From: a bacterium
GTDB taxonomy: Bacteria; SZUA-182; DTGQ01; JAFGSM01
Direction: 5' to 3'
DNA: 64,000 bases
NCBI GenBank assembly: GCA_049472355.1
Contig: JBLIRP010000002.1
Coordinates: 35,252-99,251 of the forward strand
Position numbers and translations under genes: made by a program. The notes under the pieces were generated by a model that made no database searches, was not told where the DNA came from, and saw nothing but the letters and a program-made list of their open reading frames with translations. Below, piece after piece: positions 51,302 to 61,559 of the stretch (the first letter of the stretch is position 1; the number at the start of each line of letters is the position of its first letter).

Positions 51302-53818
51302 TTAAAATGCATGACCGATGCTCAGATAAAACCGGCTGCTCGCTTCGTCCGGCTCCTTATCAATGACCCGGGCGTAATCGACCCGAACGGGACCAAGGGG
51401 GGTGATCAGGCGAAGGCCCACTCCTGCCCCCTTCCTGGTGTCGTCTATGTCAAACTCCTCCCGCGTTGTCCACACATTGCCGGCATCAAAAAATATGACA
51501 CCCTTGATGCTCCGGTACAGGGGATAGCGCAGTTCGAGGTTATACACCCACAACACCCTCCCGCCGAGCGGAAGGCCTGTTTCCTCGTCGATGGGACCAA
51601 GTGAATCCTCCCTGAATCCCCTCACCGTGTTTCCTCCGCCGGCAAAAAAGCGCTCCTGGATGGGCACCGTGGTGGTCTGGCCGTAGACCCCGATATACCC
51701 CCCCCGTATGCCCAGGGCCCCCACCAACCTCGATGTGAAGGGATAAAAGGCCCTGCACTCCGCCTTGATGGTGTAGAAATCCTGGTCCCCCCCGATCCAG
51801 CTTCCCGCGAAATCCGTGGTGAGATTGGCGTACACGCCCTCACTCGGGTCGAGGAAATTGTCGCGGGAGTCATAGATCAGGGTCGGGCCGATGGCGCTGA
51901 TGGTGTGCTCATGGTATTCCTCAGGCACCTCCGCAGGATTGATGGTGATGTCTTCCAGGCGGGTCAGGTCGATGTGGTAGGTCAGGCCGATGCGCAGCCG
52001 TCTCTTGAACGGTCTCCACAGGCCGAGGCTGAGCCCCCTGCTTCGCGTGTGATATTCCCGCCGGTCCTCCGTGGCGGTATAGATGCTGCCTTCGCCCTCC
52101 ACCCTGTGCCGGGGGAGCAGCAGGGGATCCTTGAAGGTGATGGTGTATTTGGAGGAGCGACCCACCTCCTCCACCAAGTGCCTGGCCCCGCCGAGACCGG
52201 TGAGATCGGCCCTGAAGCTGCCGCTGATGGCCCTGCCCCACAGGTTGTCCTCCCTGATCTCCATGTACCCCCGGTACCCCAGCCGGGAACTGAAACCCAC
52301 CCCCAGGTTGACCCTGCCTGTCTCCGTCTCCTCCACCTCGATCACACAATCTACCACCTCCGCACGCTGATCGATTCCCCGTGGCTCCACGCTCAGGCTG
52401 TTGAACAGCCCCAACCGGGAGAGCCTCTCCTGGGCATCCAGTATTCGCTGGTAGCTGAAGGGATCGCCGGATCGAAGGGGTGTGGCGAGCCGGATAACCT
52501 TATCCCGGGTCTTGAAGTTCCGCTCGATGTCGATCCTTCCGAACCGCGCAAAGGTCCCCTCGTTTATCCGGTAGCGGATGTCCACGGTTCCCGTCTCCTC
52601 ATCCCTTTTCACCTCGGATGCGACCCGTGCATAGGGATACCCGCTGTTGCCGTAAAAAATGGACAGCCTCCGGCGGTCGTCTTCGAATTCACGAGGACGA
52701 AGCGGGCTCCCCTCCACCACTGTGAGCACCCCCCTCAGGGTCCGCTCCGAAAAGACCTTGTTTCCCTCAAAGGAAAGACGCTCCGCCACCATCCTGACCC
52801 CCTCTTCAACGATTATCCGCTTTTTGAGGCGCCGCCCCTTTCCCTCGGTCTTGGTGGTAATGCTGACATTGGGAAATCCCTCGGATCGGTACAGCGCCTC
52901 CAGTGCCTCCAGGTCTTTCTCGAACGTGACCTGTTTAAAGGGACGTCGCCGGAACAGCCAGAAGCCGCGAAGGGAGAGAAACTGTCTCCTCAGACGCTTT
53001 GTCTTGAGATGCTTGCCGTGTACGAATACGACATCCATGAGGTACTGTCTCCTGCCCTCGTCAATGGAAAACACCACCTCCCGGTCTCCCTGTACGTCCG
53101 GATCGCCGATATCGAAGCCGACCTTCACATCGATATACCCGCTGTCCCGGTAAAGGTCCGTTATCCTTTCGGAGCTCTCTTCAGCCTCCAACTGGTCAAA
53201 GAAGCGGTTCTCGTAAAACGTCACCACCGCAAGGATCTCCTCGCGGGAAAAATACCTGTTTCCCCTGATTCGCACCTGTACCTTCGGCCCCCGATAGATA
53301 AAGATGTCAAGGTACGCCCCATTGTCCTCGATCCTCTCCAGGTACCGGATATCCCCCCTCAGGAATCCCGCCCTGACCATCCGTTCCTCGAGTACCTTGA
53401 GCCGCTCCTTGAATCGTTTTCGTTTGAATACCTGTCCCTTTTTCAGCCCCAGGAGAAATTCGATGTCCGGCCCTTGACCCGGCCGGTCGTCAACAAAGGA
53501 CACCTCCGCGATGCGTGTTCTCGGTCCCTTGTGGATGTCGATGACCAGGACGCCGAGGTTGTCCTCGGTCTTCTCCAGTGTGCGATCTACCCTTACCCTG
53601 TCGTACCCCTCATTTTGATAGACCCCTTCGATCCTCTCCACCACCTCCTCGACCCGCTCCGGCCGATACTCCTCACCGAGGCGTAGGGGGATCACCCTCT
53701 TAAGCTCCCTCTCGAAGATGGGAAAATTCCCCTTGATGCTGATGCCGCTTATGAGGGTTTCCGCAAAACCGGTTACCGGGAACGCCATCAGAAACACGAG
53801 GACCACCAGAAGGGGCAT
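51302..53818 (-). CDS. Omp85 family (BamA/TamA-like) protein
   Basis: POTRA repeats; ERFFAGGGNTVRGF; TPLGPVR.DY; C-terminal IGHAF; start taken at MPLLV (upstream GTG possible). Confidence 0.92.
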   Translation of the reverse strand: MPLLVVLVFLMAFPVTGFAETLISGISIKGNFPIFERELKRVIPLRLGEEYRPERVEEVVERIEGVYQNEGYDRVRVDRTLEKTEDNLGVLVIDIHKGPRTRIAEVSFVDDRPGQGPDIEFLLGLKKGQVFKRKRFKERLKVLEERMVRAGFLRGDIRYLERIEDNGAYLDIFIYRGPKVQVRIRGNRYFSREEILAVVTFYENRFFDQLEAEESSERITDLYRDSGYIDVKVGFDIGDPDVQGDREVVFSIDEGRRQYLMDVVFVHGKHLKTKRLRRQFLSLRGFWLFRRRPFKQVTFEKDLEALEALYRSEGFPNVSITTKTEGKGRRLKKRIIVEEGVRMVAERLSFEGNKVFSERTLRGVLTVVEGSPLRPREFEDDRRRLSIFYGNSGYPYARVASEVKRDEETGTVDIRYRINEGTFARFGRIDIERNFKTRDKVIRLATPLRSGDPFSYQRILDAQERLSRLGLFNSLSVEPRGIDQRAEVVDCVIEVEETETGRVNLGVGFSSRLGYRGYMEIREDNLWGRAISGSFRADLTGLGGARHLVEEVGRSSKYTITFKDPLLLPRHRVEGEGSIYTATEDRREYHTRSRGLSLGLWRPFKRRLRIGLTYHIDLTRLEDITINPAEVPEEYHEHTISAIGPTLIYDSRDNFLDPSEGVYANLTTDFAGSWIGGDQDFYTIKAECRAFYPFTSRLVGALGIRGGYIGVYGQTTTVPIQERFFAGGGNTVRGFREDSLGPIDEETGLPLGGRVLWVYNLELRYPLYRSIKGVIFFDAGNVWTTREEFDIDDTRKGAGVGLRLITPLGPVRVDYARVIDKEPDEASSRFYLSIGHAF

Positions 53819-53873
53819 CCGGAAAAGACGGGGCCCCCCCGCAGCGCCTCCAGTCACCCGCAAGGCCCTCCTA

Positions 53874-56800
53874 TCAGAATGAAAAACCGATGTTGAGATC
53901 AATCGAATAGGTCCCCTGATCATCCTGCGCCCCGATGAGGGTAAGATGGTCCGTGATGCTGTATTCCGCCTCTGCGATCTCGCGTTGCTCCTCACCCTTG
54001 AGGTGGGAGTATTTGATCTTCAAACGCTTTGACAGGGTCTTTCCCACCGTGAACTGCTCCACGCCCCCTCCCTCCTCCTGAAGCCTCAGGTTGAGGATAT
54101 CCAGCCTGAAAAGGTCCTGGGGAAACATGTTGAGCCTGAGCATATCCAGCCCGGTATAGTAGGCGATATCCTCGCCGATGACGTTCGTCAGCACACTGCT
54201 CGTGGTACTGAGCATGAGGGAGAGGATATCGCGCTCCTGTTCCCTGCCGTTCTCCTCGGTGGTAAGGCCGAAAAATACCATATTCAATATCTCCGGCTGG
54301 GAGAGATACGGGGTGGAGCTGAACTGGAGGTTTGGTTTGCTCACCGGACCGAACACATTGATTCTGAGGCGATGGCTGTTGATGTCCTTCACGGCCACGG
54401 CGTTGATCGTGGGCTCGGCAACCGCCGGATCGTTCAGCGCTAAGCGGGCCGAGGTGATGTCGAACCGCTGGCTTCCGATGATGATTTCACCCTCGTCGAC
54501 CTCAATCTCCCCGTCCAGCCAGGGCTCGTTGAGGGTTCCCCTGACGGAGAGGCCGCCGGTGAGACTCGCCACATAGAACGGGCTTCGTACCCGGAAATCA
54601 TTACCCAGATCCAATCCCACGTTGAGGGTGGTCCGGCTTACCCATTTGCCCCATTTCCTCCCCAGACCCCTCTGCAGGAGTCCTTCGGTCTCCACCTCCC
54701 TCTTCCGGGCAAGAAGAAACTGCAGTATATCGCGGTAGGAGGTATGCCGGGCCTCCATGACCAGGATGTTCCCGCCCAGTATCCCGACGCCGGACGTGCC
54801 CACCCACTCGAGCTGTCCCTCCAGGAAACCCTTGTAGGCATCCCTCTTGTAAAGGTAAAGGTCCTCGATGCGGGCGGTGACGTCGAACGAATCGATCTCC
54901 GTTCCCTGATACACGACGATCCCGTTGATCACGATACCCCCGCCGCCGCGCGTGTATCCAACCAACTCTTTGATATACACGGATTGTTTCGTAAACCAGA
55001 TCTCACCGTTGATGCTGTCGGCCCTGAAATTATACTCGGGCACTGAAAATCCACCCCCGGAGAGCAGTATCTTCCCGTCAAACAACGGCCTGGAAGTGCT
55101 GCCCCTTGCGTGCACGTCCAACTCGGCCTTTCCGCTCAGGCCTCGCGTCGCCGGCACATTGTCCTGAAAGACGGTCAGGGGCACTATGCCGGCGGCCTTC
55201 AGGTCGAATCGGTCAGGCAGCAGCCAGGTTCCCTGCACATCGAGCGAACCCCGCTCCCCCTTGATGGACAGGCCGGGTATGGTAATCTCCCTGCCCCGAA
55301 GAACGAACTCGTATCCCCCCACAACCTCGAAACGTCCGGGGGCCCCGGCAATGACCAGTTCACTGCCCCGAAAGGAGCCCGCAAGGGAGGAGATCCCCTC
55401 CCTGACCGCTCCCCGCACCTCGGACTTCCCGCTCATGGTCACCGAAAATTGGGGATCCTGAAATATCCCCGTATTCGGGTCCGCAATGGGAAATCCCTCC
55501 CACACAGAGGAAAAAGTAAAGGGGATCTCGCCACGAAGGTCAAGTGAACACAGGACATTACCCCAGGAATGGGTGAGGGAGGCCTGCACGTCATCACCCC
55601 TACGCTCAAATCCGCCGGTGACTGTCATGCCCCCTCTTCCCTTGTAGGAAAGCCCCTTCACCTCGAAGTTTCCCTCCATGTCCTTCCCTTTGCCTGAAAC
55701 GGTGAGGGAGAGGGTGCCCTCCAGAGGAATGGTGCGACCCTCGTGCCACTCGAGGGGCATGACATGCCATGAGGAGGCATGGACCCGCATGGCAACCACA
55801 TCATCTCTTCCCAGGGAAAGATCTACCTCTATGACCCCTTCCTCCCTGCGTGCAAAGACATTCCGAAAGCTGACGACGCCCGGACGAGTGGTGAATTCAC
55901 CCTTCACCTCCCCCACCGGTTGACCCATAAGGGAGGTCTCCTCCCCTCTGAACGACCCCTCCGAGGTAACCCGTGACCCGCGCACATCCAAGGTACCCTC
56001 TCCGGACACCATCCCCTGAAAGGGGAACCCGGGCCGGTAGGGGATCGCCCCGGCAATCTCGGCAAGTGGCACCGCATGCGCCGACCAGGTGCAGTGAATC
56101 TCAGGCCGCACCCGGGCATGGGAGAGGTCTATTGCACAGGTCCCGGCGATCCTCCCCCCGTCCAGGGAGCCCTGCATATCATCGAGGTGCACCCTCCCAT
56201 TGAAATAGTTATATTTCAGGCCCACCATATCCGCCCTGAGGTGCCTGAAGGTCACCCCTTTGCCCTGAAATTCCCCGGCAAACCGTGGCTGGTTAAGGTG
56301 CTCATCCATGTGCCCGCTGAAGGTGCCGCGTCCCTTGACAGGAAATCCCCAGATCCCGGATGCGAGATTCCTTTCCCGTATCTCGCCGGTGTAACTGATC
56401 CGTACCTTCTTGGATCGCAGATCATACTCCCCCTCCGCCTGGATTCGGTTTTCCCCCACTGCAATGGAAAAATCCTTCAGGGCAAGCAGATTCCTCTGAG
56501 AGGTGAATCGGGTCTCAATCTCCGCCTTTTGGCCGGCAAGGGCATGGGCCGGGGCAAACGGGGCCTCCACCCTGAGCGTGCCCTCGCTCTCCACCTGCCT
56601 TTGGGGCCATGTGATCCGCCAGTCCATGCTTCCGGTCCACAAAAGGTCGGTGCCCGGGAACAGGGAGGACCAGTTTTTCATCATGGAGGTGCTCGGAAGG
56701 CCTGCGGCGTGGATGTCCACCGTTGCCGTATGTTTTTTCAGCTCGATGAGCGATGACACGGCAAGGTTACCCTCCCTCCAGATCCCTTCCATATCCTCGA

Positions 56801-57782
56801 ATGAGACAATCCCGAGGTGGTATCCGAACCGTCCCCGTACATTGCTGAAATGGTAGTCTCTCCAGGAAAACCGGGGTGCGCTGAGGTCCCCCTCGACCTT
56901 CATCTGCCGCCACTTCCCCCCTATCTTCCCTGTGGAGGTCACCTTCCCCTCCATCTGCCGGAAGGGCTTGAGAAAGATGGCCAGCGTATCGCACAGGAGC
57001 ACCCCATTGTATGCCCCATCGAACACGATGCCCGGATGTCCCTTGGAAACTGTCCCCTTCCACCGCAGGTATCCCTCCTCGGGGAAGAGGACCTGCAGCG
57101 AATCCACGGTGATCCCCTCGCCGGTGAGGGAGCCCACGAGGCCCCCTGATTGCAGAAGGCGATATTGCCCCTTCCAGGTGCATTCCCCCTCCTCGAACGC
57201 CATCCGGACCGGAAAGGGACCCTTTGTGTCAAGTTTATTCGCCGAAAGGGAAAGGTGGCGGAGGGTTACACTCCCCTTCTTCTGTGGGAGGTCGACGGCA
57301 AGCTCCTGCCCCTCCACATCGATCCCGCCCACGGTTACGCTCCACCCCCCTCCCCTTCCCTGTTGGCCCTGTTTCAGCATGGGCATGAGGGCGGCATAAT
57401 CACCGGTCCCTGCAAGGAGGGCCCTTCCCCTGAGCCCCTTGAGGGTAATGCGCCGTATGGCAACCACCCTTCTGAGGAGCAAAGCCGGATTGAATGATAC
57501 ATACACGCGCTCGGCAAGCACCCACAATGAAAAGTCTCCGGTCGCCTTGGACTCCACCCGCAGACCGGCTATGCGCAGCCGGAGGGGAATAAGGTCAAGC
57601 GACCATCGATCCCACACGACATTGAATGGTATATAGGCATTCAGATACTCCCGTATTCTTCGCTCCCCATATTGCTCGAGCAGGCCTTTCCCCCAGCGAA
57701 GGGCAAGGACGCAGAGAAGAATGACCAGCAGGACGACAAAAATTGTCCGCCGACGTGCTATGTATCGTGATACATTCATCAT
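53874..57782 (-). CDS. TamB/AsmA-like translocation-assembly protein
   Basis: N-terminal anchor, long beta-rich body, C-terminal SSTPYLSQ.EIL and VGKTLS; adjacent to Omp85 gene. Confidence 0.88.
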   Translation of the reverse strand: MMNVSRYIARRRTIFVVLLVILLCVLALRWGKGLLEQYGERRIREYLNAYIPFNVVWDRWSLDLIPLRLRIAGLRVESKATGDFSLWVLAERVYVSFNPALLLRRVVAIRRITLKGLRGRALLAGTGDYAALMPMLKQGQQGRGGGWSVTVGGIDVEGQELAVDLPQKKGSVTLRHLSLSANKLDTKGPFPVRMAFEEGECTWKGQYRLLQSGGLVGSLTGEGITVDSLQVLFPEEGYLRWKGTVSKGHPGIVFDGAYNGVLLCDTLAIFLKPFRQMEGKVTSTGKIGGKWRQMKVEGDLSAPRFSWRDYHFSNVRGRFGYHLGIVSFEDMEGIWREGNLAVSSLIELKKHTATVDIHAAGLPSTSMMKNWSSLFPGTDLLWTGSMDWRITWPQRQVESEGTLRVEAPFAPAHALAGQKAEIETRFTSQRNLLALKDFSIAVGENRIQAEGEYDLRSKKVRISYTGEIRERNLASGIWGFPVKGRGTFSGHMDEHLNQPRFAGEFQGKGVTFRHLRADMVGLKYNYFNGRVHLDDMQGSLDGGRIAGTCAIDLSHARVRPEIHCTWSAHAVPLAEIAGAIPYRPGFPFQGMVSGEGTLDVRGSRVTSEGSFRGEETSLMGQPVGEVKGEFTTRPGVVSFRNVFARREEGVIEVDLSLGRDDVVAMRVHASSWHVMPLEWHEGRTIPLEGTLSLTVSGKGKDMEGNFEVKGLSYKGRGGMTVTGGFERRGDDVQASLTHSWGNVLCSLDLRGEIPFTFSSVWEGFPIADPNTGIFQDPQFSVTMSGKSEVRGAVREGISSLAGSFRGSELVIAGAPGRFEVVGGYEFVLRGREITIPGLSIKGERGSLDVQGTWLLPDRFDLKAAGIVPLTVFQDNVPATRGLSGKAELDVHARGSTSRPLFDGKILLSGGGFSVPEYNFRADSINGEIWFTKQSVYIKELVGYTRGGGGIVINGIVVYQGTEIDSFDVTARIEDLYLYKRDAYKGFLEGQLEWVGTSGVGILGGNILVMEARHTSYRDILQFLLARKREVETEGLLQRGLGRKWGKWVSRTTLNVGLDLGNDFRVRSPFYVASLTGGLSVRGTLNEPWLDGEIEVDEGEIIIGSQRFDITSARLALNDPAVAEPTINAVAVKDINSHRLRINVFGPVSKPNLQFSSTPYLSQPEILNMVFFGLTTEENGREQERDILSLMLSTTSSVLTNVIGEDIAYYTGLDMLRLNMFPQDLFRLDILNLRLQEEGGGVEQFTVGKTLSKRLKIKYSHLKGEEQREIAEAEYSITDHLTLIGAQDDQGTYSIDLNIGFSF

Positions 57783-58135
57783 CTCCCGCCTACTCGCTTA
57801 TGCCTGAGCATTAAACTGATACCATAGCATAATGCAACGCCTTTTGCATTATGCTGTGTGTGACACCGGCAATTCCGATTGTGACATTGCATAAGCATTA
57901 TGGTGGACAGGCATATTGCGGAGTAACTATGTCCGCCCGCCACACTCCCATAATTTAGATTACTGGTGCGGTTCGGATGATTGCCTAAAAGAAAGGGAGG
58001 AATGAAGTGCCCCGTTCCGGACGGTCCGGTGCGGTGATTCGTCAAGACATGCGTGGAGGACGATGAATCAGGCGATTCTTACCACCACCCTTCTCGTAAT
58101 GGTGCCCCCTGACTGGTCCCGGCCGGCCCCGGCAA

Positions 58136-58477
58136 TCACCAGGTCAGATCCCTCTCTTTCAGCCCCTTGACCAGGAGAAGGGGGACAACGAAGAGAAGAC
58201 AGGTGCCGACCTCATTCAGATCGATGATCTCGCCGATGATCCTGATTGCCTCCTCAAGGGTTTCGTCGTCCTTTACCACGGAGAAGATGGTTTTGTTGTA
58301 GTCCGATGTCTTGAGACTTTTTCTGAGCCCGGCAAAAATGGGGATATCGTATGCGAGCTTGTGCCCCATACCCACACTATCGATTATGGTGGCGCCGGAA
58401 ATTCCTACCTCCACGAACGCCTCCAGGATCTCGTCCAGGAATTCCTCCTTGTTTAGTACCAATACGAGCAGCTTCAT
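58136..58477 (-). CDS. PII-like (GlnB-fold) protein
   Basis: MKLLVLVLNK...GISGATIIDS.GMG; SD AAGGAG before ATG 58477. Confidence 0.8.
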   Translation of the reverse strand: MKLLVLVLNKEEFLDEILEAFVEVGISGATIIDSVGMGHKLAYDIPIFAGLRKSLKTSDYNKTIFSVVKDDETLEEAIRIIGEIIDLNEVGTCLLFVVPLLLVKGLKERDLTW

Positions 58478-58657
58478 CCGCGACTCCTTGATAGGGCATG
58501 GTTCCCATTGTTGCCTGAGAATATAGCTTACCACAAAATTTCATTGCCGGTCAATGGCGTTGAAAACCCTGTCCAAATGTACAGGTCTGTCCCAAAATGG
58601 ATGTCTCACCGGCCGGGTTTTCCCGAATTTGCTTATCATGCTTGACTTTTAGGTCAA

Positions 58658-58730
58658 ACACAACATCTTGTATTGAATTTTAAATTTCCCTACTATATAT
58701 CTTGACAAGTTTTGAGGGGTGTGTTATAGT
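58658..58730 (+). promoter_or_regulatory. Sigma70 promoter with candidate tandem NrdR boxes
   Basis: TTGACA-17bp-TATAGT at 58702-58730; ACACAACATCTTGTAT at 58658 and CTACTATATATCTTGA at 58690. Confidence 0.6.
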
Positions 58731-58793
58731 TTTTGGCAAAATTCGGGTACCCTTGATCACATAAACCTCAACCCAGTTAAGGGGGGGAAAGAG

Positions 58794-59873
58794 ATGCGGA
58801 TCATTGCCATTGCCAACCAAAAGGGCGGTTGCGGAAAAACGACAACCGCAATAAACCTTTCGGCCTGCATCGCCAAGACCGGCAAGAAGGTCTTGCTGAT
58901 CGATGTTGATCCGCAGGCCCATGCGACGCTCGGCTTAGGCATAAAGCCGGGTGATTTCGACTACAGTCTCTACGACATCCTCACCAGCTTCAGCGGTGAC
59001 CTTCAGGCGATAAAGGAGAGCATCCTGAACATCTCTCCGAACCTTTTCTTGATTCCCTCGGAGGTGATCCTGAGCGCCGCGGAACAGAATCTCTCCCAGG
59101 CCAAGGAGAGGGAATACCGACTTTCCCGCGCCATTGAGCCGATCGCAAATGACTATGACTTCATCATCATGGACTGTCCTCCCAGCGTAGGCCTTCTCAC
59201 CTTCAATGCACTTCTGGCATGTAAGGAGGCCATCATCCCCATAGAATCAAGTTTCTTCTCCCTGCATGGGCTGGGAAAGCTCATGGAAACGATCAACATC
59301 ATCAACCGCAAATGCGGGCACCGTATAGAGGTGAACGCCCTCCCCACCATCTATGATCGCCGCACCCGTATATCCGAAGAGGTGATTACGGAAATCAAAC
59401 GGTGCTTCCAGGACCATCACTTCAAGACCTTCATACGGGTAAATGTAAAGCTGAAGGAGGCGGCAAGCTACGGCCAGGCAATCACCGAATACTGCCAAAA
59501 ATGCACCGGATTCGCCGACTACATGGAGCTCAGCAAGGAGGTCCTGGACATGGAGGCGATACGCGCGGAGCACGCAGCCATGCAGCCGGATGCCAGGCCT
59601 CCCAAGAGACTTGATTCCGGCATCCTTTTTAGCGTATACTCACCAGAGGCGTCCAGTGTGTACCTGGCTGCTGATTTTAACGAGTGGAAACCGGAACGGG
59701 AGCCACTCTTTGATATCGAAGGAAACGGGATATGGCAGCGCATCGTGAATTTGAGACCCGGACGATATCAGTATAAATTTGTAGTAGATGGCAAATGGAT
59801 CAAGGACCCGGTGAATCCCAGGCAGCTCAATGGGCCCTTTGGCGAAAACTCCATTTGCGAGGTAGAGCCCTAA
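58794..59873 (+). CDS. ParA/Soj-family ATPase fused to a C-terminal CBM48 (AMPK-beta-like glycogen-binding) domain
   Basis: NQKGGCGKTT, IDVDPQ, MDCPPS; then SVYLAADFNEW...GIW...LRPGRYQYKFVVDGKW..DP. Confidence 0.92.
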   Translation: MRIIAIANQKGGCGKTTTAINLSACIAKTGKKVLLIDVDPQAHATLGLGIKPGDFDYSLYDILTSFSGDLQAIKESILNISPNLFLIPSEVILSAAEQNLSQAKEREYRLSRAIEPIANDYDFIIMDCPPSVGLLTFNALLACKEAIIPIESSFFSLHGLGKLMETINIINRKCGHRIEVNALPTIYDRRTRISEEVITEIKRCFQDHHFKTFIRVNVKLKEAASYGQAITEYCQKCTGFADYMELSKEVLDMEAIRAEHAAMQPDARPPKRLDSGILFSVYSPEASSVYLAADFNEWKPEREPLFDIEGNGIWQRIVNLRPGRYQYKFVVDGKWIKDPVNPRQLNGPFGENSICEVEP

Positions 59874-59899
59874 GCATTCGCACACATCGAATCGAGATT

Positions 59900-60799
59900 A
59901 TGGAGAAAAAAAGGAAGTTGGGAAGAAGCTTGGAAGAGGTTGCCGATTTCTGGCTCACGTCCTCTCCTATTTCCCATGAATCGGATTCCGCAGGAGAGTC
60001 CCTTCCCCGCAATGCCCCGGGCCCAGGTCATGGTTTCACCAACAAGACCATCTCTATCCTTTACCCGGAATCCCTGAAGGTCAAAGGGCTTCTCCTCGCC
60101 AATTTCGCCCTGGAGCTGGCAAAACAAGGCTATGGCTCCTGCATACTGGATTATGAGCCGCACGATTCACCTGTGCGGCTGATCATGGACAGCCTGTTTC
60201 AGAGCTTTTCAAAGGGGGATGACAGTGAGGAACCCTCCCCCTTCCACCGGGTGCTGAAACTCTACGGATTGCCCGGCATTCATCTTTTTTCGCGATCCGA
60301 AGAGTCCCTTTCCCATACCCCTGTGCCGAATATCACTGACGACCTTTTTACGCAACTTGCCGGCAGCAACCTGCTGGAATCGATCATACTGCCTCATCAC
60401 CCGGATAACCTTGAGATGATCTCGATGATGGAATCCCTTCCCCCCATCATCCTTTTGGTATCCAGGCCTCGAAGGGAATCGCTTCTGGTGTCGTATGCCT
60501 ATATAAAAACCATTGCAGCAAAAAACCCTCAGGCCCAGGTATGGATGATCATGGATGAGGTCAAGGACCGGGACGTAGCGGTCAAGGCGTTTACCTGTTT
60601 GAATCAAGCCGCCATGCGCAATCTGGCGACCACATGCCTCCCGCTCAAATTCCTGGGATCGATCATCCATGACCAGGCCCTCGGCATTTCCCTGGCCACC
60701 CATTACCCGCTGGTGCTCTCTGAGCAACACTCGGTGGCACGGGACAGCATCATCCGAATAACCTCTAATTTTATTAAAACCATAGAGAATCCAGATTGA
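59900..60799 (+). CDS. Degenerate MinD/FlhG-fold protein with ParB-like N-terminal peptide
   Basis: KKRKLGRSL N-terminus; ANFALELAKQG..ILD, SYAYIK, FLGSIIHD; P-loop glycines lost. Confidence 0.7.
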   Translation: MEKKRKLGRSLEEVADFWLTSSPISHESDSAGESLPRNAPGPGHGFTNKTISILYPESLKVKGLLLANFALELAKQGYGSCILDYEPHDSPVRLIMDSLFQSFSKGDDSEEPSPFHRVLKLYGLPGIHLFSRSEESLSHTPVPNITDDLFTQLAGSNLLESIILPHHPDNLEMISMMESLPPIILLVSRPRRESLLVSYAYIKTIAAKNPQAQVWMIMDEVKDRDVAVKAFTCLNQAAMRNLATTCLPLKFLGSIIHDQALGISLATHYPLVLSEQHSVARDSIIRITSNFIKTIENPD

Positions 60800-60803
60800 G
60801 CCC

Positions 60804-61415
60804 ATGTCAAGGCTTTTAAAACCGATCACTATCACGGATCACCGGTTCCTGATCAAGGTCTTCGCAGAGTGTCTTGATGAATGGGATGACTGGAAGGTTC
60901 TCGATCAGGAGTTGGGGAGCCCTCAGCGCGGGACCATCGACATCCTGGCGGCTGACACGGAGCAGCGTCCCTACCTCGTCACCATCGGATACATCAACAT
61001 CGAGGAAGGGCTGATTCGATGCCTTACCGGGTATCGCTGGTTCAAGGAAAATCTGACGATTCTCAAGAGGGTGTTCTCCCGGCAGGAGATCGACTTTGAT
61101 CTGCCCGTCAATCTCGTTCTTATCGCCGAACAGGTCATCCCCGAGGCATCACGACTCGCGCAGGATATCTCGAAGGTGCCCATCAGCATCTTTCGCTACA
61201 CCTGCTTCGGATCGAAGGACGACCCGCTGATTCACCTCGAACAACTGGACGGACAACCCCTGCCTCCGACGGGAAAGGGGCCGTCAAAGACTGAAGACAC
61301 TCCGGTCGAGAAGAAGGGGTTGAATATCGACGAGATAAAGAGACGGCTCAAGGTCGAGCTCGCGGATCTGAGCGAAAAAGAGATAGAGGAGTTTCTGAAT
61401 CTGGATCTGCCATAA
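60804..61415 (+). CDS. Hypothetical protein, degenerate NucS/PD-(D/E)XK-like fold
   Basis: GTIDILAAD...YLV...LVLIA; ExK absent. Confidence 0.6.
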   Translation: MSRLLKPITITDHRFLIKVFAECLDEWDDWKVLDQELGSPQRGTIDILAADTEQRPYLVTIGYINIEEGLIRCLTGYRWFKENLTILKRVFSRQEIDFDLPVNLVLIAEQVIPEASRLAQDISKVPISIFRYTCFGSKDDPLIHLEQLDGQPLPPTGKGPSKTEDTPVEKKGLNIDEIKRRLKVELADLSEKEIEEFLNLDLP

Positions 61416-61559
61416 CTGGTGAGGCGCAGCCCCTCGCCCATTCCTTCATCCTCTCTTAAAATCATAAACTTATCGAATCAGGCCCCATACCTTTATTGAT
61501 TTGTGGCCGACAATGGTATATCATACTTCTCTCTTTTTCAGGGTCACCAAGGGAACAGG

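Noticed and set aside
51905..53686. 593-aa plus-strand ORF and similar long overlapping ORFs (e.g. 42150-43271, 49563-50363)
   Set aside because: Antisense shadows of real genes in GC-rich DNA
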